Assembly: GCA_030704615.1 (NCBI GenBank)
Contig: CM060731.1
Coordinates: 86,304,001 to 86,368,000 of the forward strand
Origin: Takakia lepidozioides
Lineage: Eukaryota; Plantae; Bryophyta
Length of the DNA: 64,000 nt
Reading direction: 5' to 3'
In this document: positions 59,739 to 64,000 of the stretch, in pieces
Position numbering within the stretch: position 1 is the stretch's first letter
Layout: every line of letters begins with the position of its first letter
Notes under the pieces: model-generated
Databases searched by the model: none
What the model saw: the letters and a program-made list of their open reading frames with translations, nothing else
What the model was told of the DNA's origin: nothing
Translations under genes and position numbers: made by a program

Positions 59739-62459
59739 ATGATCCCAGCAGATGCCTGTCACATCTGGTTGTTCATGATCCAGTTCCCCAGTATGGTCGC
59801 CAAAGGTCGAACGGCTTTTACTCATCCATCCCTTCGTTATCCGAGGTGGAAACTCCAAGATAGAAGAGTTGGATATCTCTAAGCACTCAGCCCGCTCAGA
59901 ACACTCAGTCATGACCTACAGCTAGTGAATCATGGTTGTGCTTCCTATTTGTATTTCTTCTTACCTTCATGTTAGCAAATTACCGTACTGTGTATACTGA
60001 AGCATCAGATTGCTTCAGTAACTACCAGGTTCCATTCGCTCATCCATTCATTCCACAGCTTCACTCATGTCTCTCTACACAGTGTGATTGTATCGAATAA
60101 GTATCAGATTAAGATTTATCAGGTATCAGGCCAATGCCATGGTGTCCTTAATCTGCCCTACTGTATAATTCTACAGCTTGCATGAATTAAGCATTGATCA
60201 AGTCATCTTCCCATCTTCGTCGTTTCCTCCATCCCTGGTTCCGTTTCCGCTCTCCGCTTCTTCTTCTCTCCCCCTGACCAAGTCGCTCTCCAAGAAGTCC
60301 TCCCCCTCCTGTTGCTGCTCTGCCTAATCTACCTGCAAGCTGTTCTAACCGCCTAACTAACTAACTGTCACCCCTGAAGTAACATGTTCCCTTGCAGATG
60401 TCGTTCCCACACAGTCGTTCCCTGCCAATGATAACCGTTCCCTACGTACGTTGTGACGGTTGTGACAAGCTGTGTCGGGCTGTGTCATGTTGTGTCAAGC
60501 TGTGTCATGCTGTGTCGAGCTGTGACTGGCTATGTAAAGCTGTGTCTACCACCCCTACAGCCTGTGCCTGTCACCCCTAAGGCCTCTGTTGGTCTAAGTC
60601 TACCATCCGTAAGGCTGCGCAAAAATTAAGGCTACCCCACAGAGCCCATAAAAGTGTCTAAGTCCCAGACAGCCCTCTAACACACCCCCCTAAACTTGGG
60701 TGAAGATCCGGCCGTTGTTGATTTCAAATAGGAACACGTGTCGTGCATCCGACACTATGGCCTTTTCGACTTTGAGACGTTTCAAAATAACCACTTACAA
60801 TCCTCCAGACAACTAGATGTAGTGATTCACACAACTGACATGGATCCGTTAACTTTATTTCGTTCAAAATTGGGCGAAGGAAACACACTGCAATGATGTC
60901 GTGTATGGCTCCGCTTTACATGCATTCTTGGAGAAAATGCGCATGATCAGAGAGAAGTGAACACAGTGCTCTGCCAAATAATTCAGCAAAATCAAACTCA
61001 ACTGTAGTGGTTTTCCCATCGCAGAGAAGGGTCCATTCGACACCCATCGCACCATGCCAGGTTGAGGTCCTCACACACACACCTGCACATCAAGAATTTG
61101 TGAACCCACATCAGCTGGGAGAACATGGAAATTACCCCGTGGATCACATGCAAGCATGAATGGGAAATGGAAGGAGAATTGCATGGGAGATTTTGGTGTA
61201 CCTGCGCGACGTGCAACTCTGTCTACATACTCCATAAGCCACTGTCCCAAGACCCAAGTGGACAGGGGAGGCCGGTGAGTCTGTACCACAAATGGTAGTC
61301 ATACAGCAGGGGTACTGCCGCCCAACTCGCAAAAGCCGCCGGCTGCAGGATGCTAGGCATGCGAACTCCGGCACAACATGCCTCCTCTGCACCCCATTCC
61401 ATCCCAACCAGTGCAAAACAACCGTGCATTCATTGACTGCCCTCTGGCTTTCTCTCCAGGCATATGGGGGTCTGCGATCTGCTACACGTAAGTGTCTTTG
61501 AATGCGACGATCAAAGGATCCGGTCACTTGCAGTTGCCGTCTCAAGGGCAGCATTGCAAGAATCACAATTAAGTAAGAAAGATGGTGGAAGAAGCTGCAA
61601 ACGGCAAATGAGTGAAGTGGTAGGGTGATGCTCCATTCTTTACATGCTCCCCTTCCCGCCATGGTGATAGAGCCACACAAGATTATGTCAACACGTGGCG
61701 ACACTCTCAGCATGGACACGTGTCGTGTGTCAGTGCTACAAAATGGATGGAGTGAAAAATTCAATGACTTCCGAAACCACTTGTTGAGTGACCACAAAAT
61801 GACTCATGGAGTCATTCTATGAAAACTAAGAATATACAATATCACTCACAAAGTGGTTATGTGAGTGGATGACGTCTCTCAGCAGGTCATTGGAATGATT
61901 ACCCACAGAGTGGTGTGTAAGCTATTTGAGTCATTCATGGTGTCTCTCTGAGTGGGAACTATGGATTGGAGTCATTACTTACAGAGTGGTGTGTAAGTGA
62001 TTAGGAATACCACTGGAGGAATTCATACCACTAGTACAATAATATATATGTGACTACTTATACCACTATACAAGTGGTAATGTAGGCAATTGTGTGCATT
62101 TGGCTACTCCCACAGTTTTAAATTATACCACTATTACAGTGATGTGCAAGTGATTATGAACATGACTAGAGGAACACATACCACTATTGTAGTGAAAGAA
62201 GTACCATTGGGGATTCAAGCTCCACAAAATAAAATAAAATCCCAGAGAGTAAGTGCTGGAACAATGTCAACAAAATCCAGCCATGATAAAAGTCTAAGCC
62301 TAATTTCTACACGGCGTCTCCGCATGCATGCTAGGAACACTGAACTGCTTTCCTACCTTCTTCTCATTGCCAGCAATGTCTACGCCCGGGCGAACGAAAT
62401 TGTAAGCCCTCTTCATGTTCTTCTCTGGCCAGGGCTACCAGGCTCACATTTGATGTAGA

Positions 62460-64000
62460 TGTATATCAGGGGAATGTTCAGAATGACATCTGGTGCAATT
62501 CCAGCTTTGATAATGTCACCATGAACCTCTTTGCCCCTTCCCAGGGCTGCTAGGCTCCCATATGCATATTACAAACACAAATGAACATGACCTGGTCTTG
62601 CTTCATCCCATCCCACATCATTTGCTCCTAGGTTTCCAAAGCCTTAATCCCATACCCATGCTGCACATACCTTGCAATCATGGCACTCCAAAAGACCACA
62701 TCTCGTTCAGCCACCTCTCTTGATCCACTTTCAGAAGTTGTGGTCATGGTTGAGGTGCCTGATTTTATCAACTGTGCCGCTGCAGCTGCTACCTTTAGTT
62801 GACCATCTACCCATGCAGCAGGTTTTTTGTAGCTATTGATCCACATGGAATCATAGGTCATCTGGAGCTTGAAGTCCGGCCCTCTTGGATGAATCTGGAC
62901 CCAGACTCTATCCCTGCTCCTTCAGCTATACATGCCGCTGCACAAATCATGCATACAGCCTTGCCTTGCTGCTAGCACCTGACAATGACAGCCTAGATTT
63001 GTTCTAGGGAACACCCAACTCAACTTATCACTATGGTCAATTGCATCTGCTACTCTCTGTAATCCAACAGGCATTCACCTTTTTGCCTCGATTGTCCCAC
63101 CATTGATTGGGGTCAGAAAAGAATTCATTCCACAGCTTCTCCTCGTCTCAGCTGTTACCTGTTTAGAACTGGATACTTCCCTGTTGTCACGTTGGCAGTA
63201 CCATGTCAAAGTCACTCCAAACTATCAAAGGTTCACTCAACCAACTAACTTGCAAAATTCAACATGAAAATTTAGGGCCAATTCTGATAAGAGGGAAAAA
63301 CAGGATGAAAATGTGTTGAAGAAGGTGCCTTCATTAGCAGTGCCCGATTATATCAATTGTGCCGCTGTTGTTGCGGCTTCCAGTTGACCATCTACCCATG
63401 CAGGTTTCTTGCAGCTATTGATCCACAGGGAATTATAAGTAATCGTGAGCTTGAAGTCCCGCCCTCTTGGATGAATCTGGACCGGCCAGACTCTACCCCT
63501 GCTCCCTCAGCTATCCAAGCTCTACACAAATCATGCATACATCCTTCCCTTGCTGCTAGCGGCTGACAATGACAGCCTACAATTATTCCAGCAAACACCC
63601 AACCCTACTCATCACCCATGCAGAATTCAACATGCATCTCAGGGCCAAGTCTGATGAGAGGGCAAAACAGGCTGAAACGTGCCCTCACCACATTGTCTTT
63701 GACCCATGGAGGATTTGACCGACCATCAACCCAAAATGACCTCTTGTGCGTGTTGTTTGTCTGTAGTCAGGTAATGTCGGATTGGTTTGTGAGAACCACC
63801 ACGGCCAGCTGAGCAGAGAGAGATTGAAACACGGCTTGCTAAGACCTGCAAGCTGACTTTCCCAATAACCTTGTAAACATTAGGAAGAATACCAAATCAT
63901 GGTACTCACAGGTACAAAGAGCCCACCTTTGCAGGATGGACGAACTTCTTCACATCGTACATTAAGAAAAGCCACACCTGGTGATTGCGGTTGTCCCACC
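62460..64000 (-). mobile_element. Inverted second copy of the PPR-fragment cargo block found in the Pack-CACTA (termini not identified; runs off the window)
   Basis: 63600-64000 is a diverged reverse complement of ~52060-52900; 62750-63590 mirrors ~54150-54870; PPR remnant EVAERDVVFWSAMIARYVQHG at 62630-62715. Confidence 0.8.

Noticed and set aside
36784-59747. 8-10-bp TSD for the large element
   Set aside because: The left flank ACTCGCGAC and right flank ATGATCCCA do not match.
60750-62190. CACTA/TAGTG pentamers as termini of the right-hand PPR-carrying element
   Set aside because: None extends into the CACTACAACA.ATTGCGGC TIR or shows a supportable partner.

Overview
Eukaryotic, intron-rich, transposon-dense DNA, most likely from a non-seed land plant (inferred from PLS/DYW-type PPR fragments, CACTA elements and a chromovirus). 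Left to right: (1) a decayed Ty3/Gypsy chromovirus on the minus strand (1-~5015). (2) One apparently intact 7-exon host gene (5933-23641, ~870 aa) whose core looks like a catalytically degenerate Crypton/DUF3504-type tyrosine-recombinase domain; its 10.5-kb fifth intron is packed with LINE remnants. (3) Gypsy and DNA-transposase debris (~24-27 kb). (4) A decayed CACTA element (~27.7-36.8 kb) whose transposase is cut off by (5) a ~23-kb Mutator-like unit bounded by imperfect TIRs (36793-59738). This unit is the most unusual part of the window. It encodes a GCM-like/MULE-DDE/SWIM transposase, a spliced gene fusing a ParB/Srx-like (DGNHR) domain to a prokaryote-type beta-class amino-DNA-methyltransferase fold (a near-complete copy plus a 5' ParB-only paralog), a divergent pair of unknown paralogous small ORFs, and about 35-40 copies of a GGYRCC-centred palindrome in arrays and in the methyltransferase gene's introns. 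A 5025-bp non-autonomous CACTA (CAT target duplication) carrying PPR fragments is nested inside its transposase. (6) Retro/CACTA debris and an inverted second copy of the PPR-fragment block run to the window end. All transposon ORFs here carry stops or frameshifts. Domain calls come from motif recognition by eye, not database searches.
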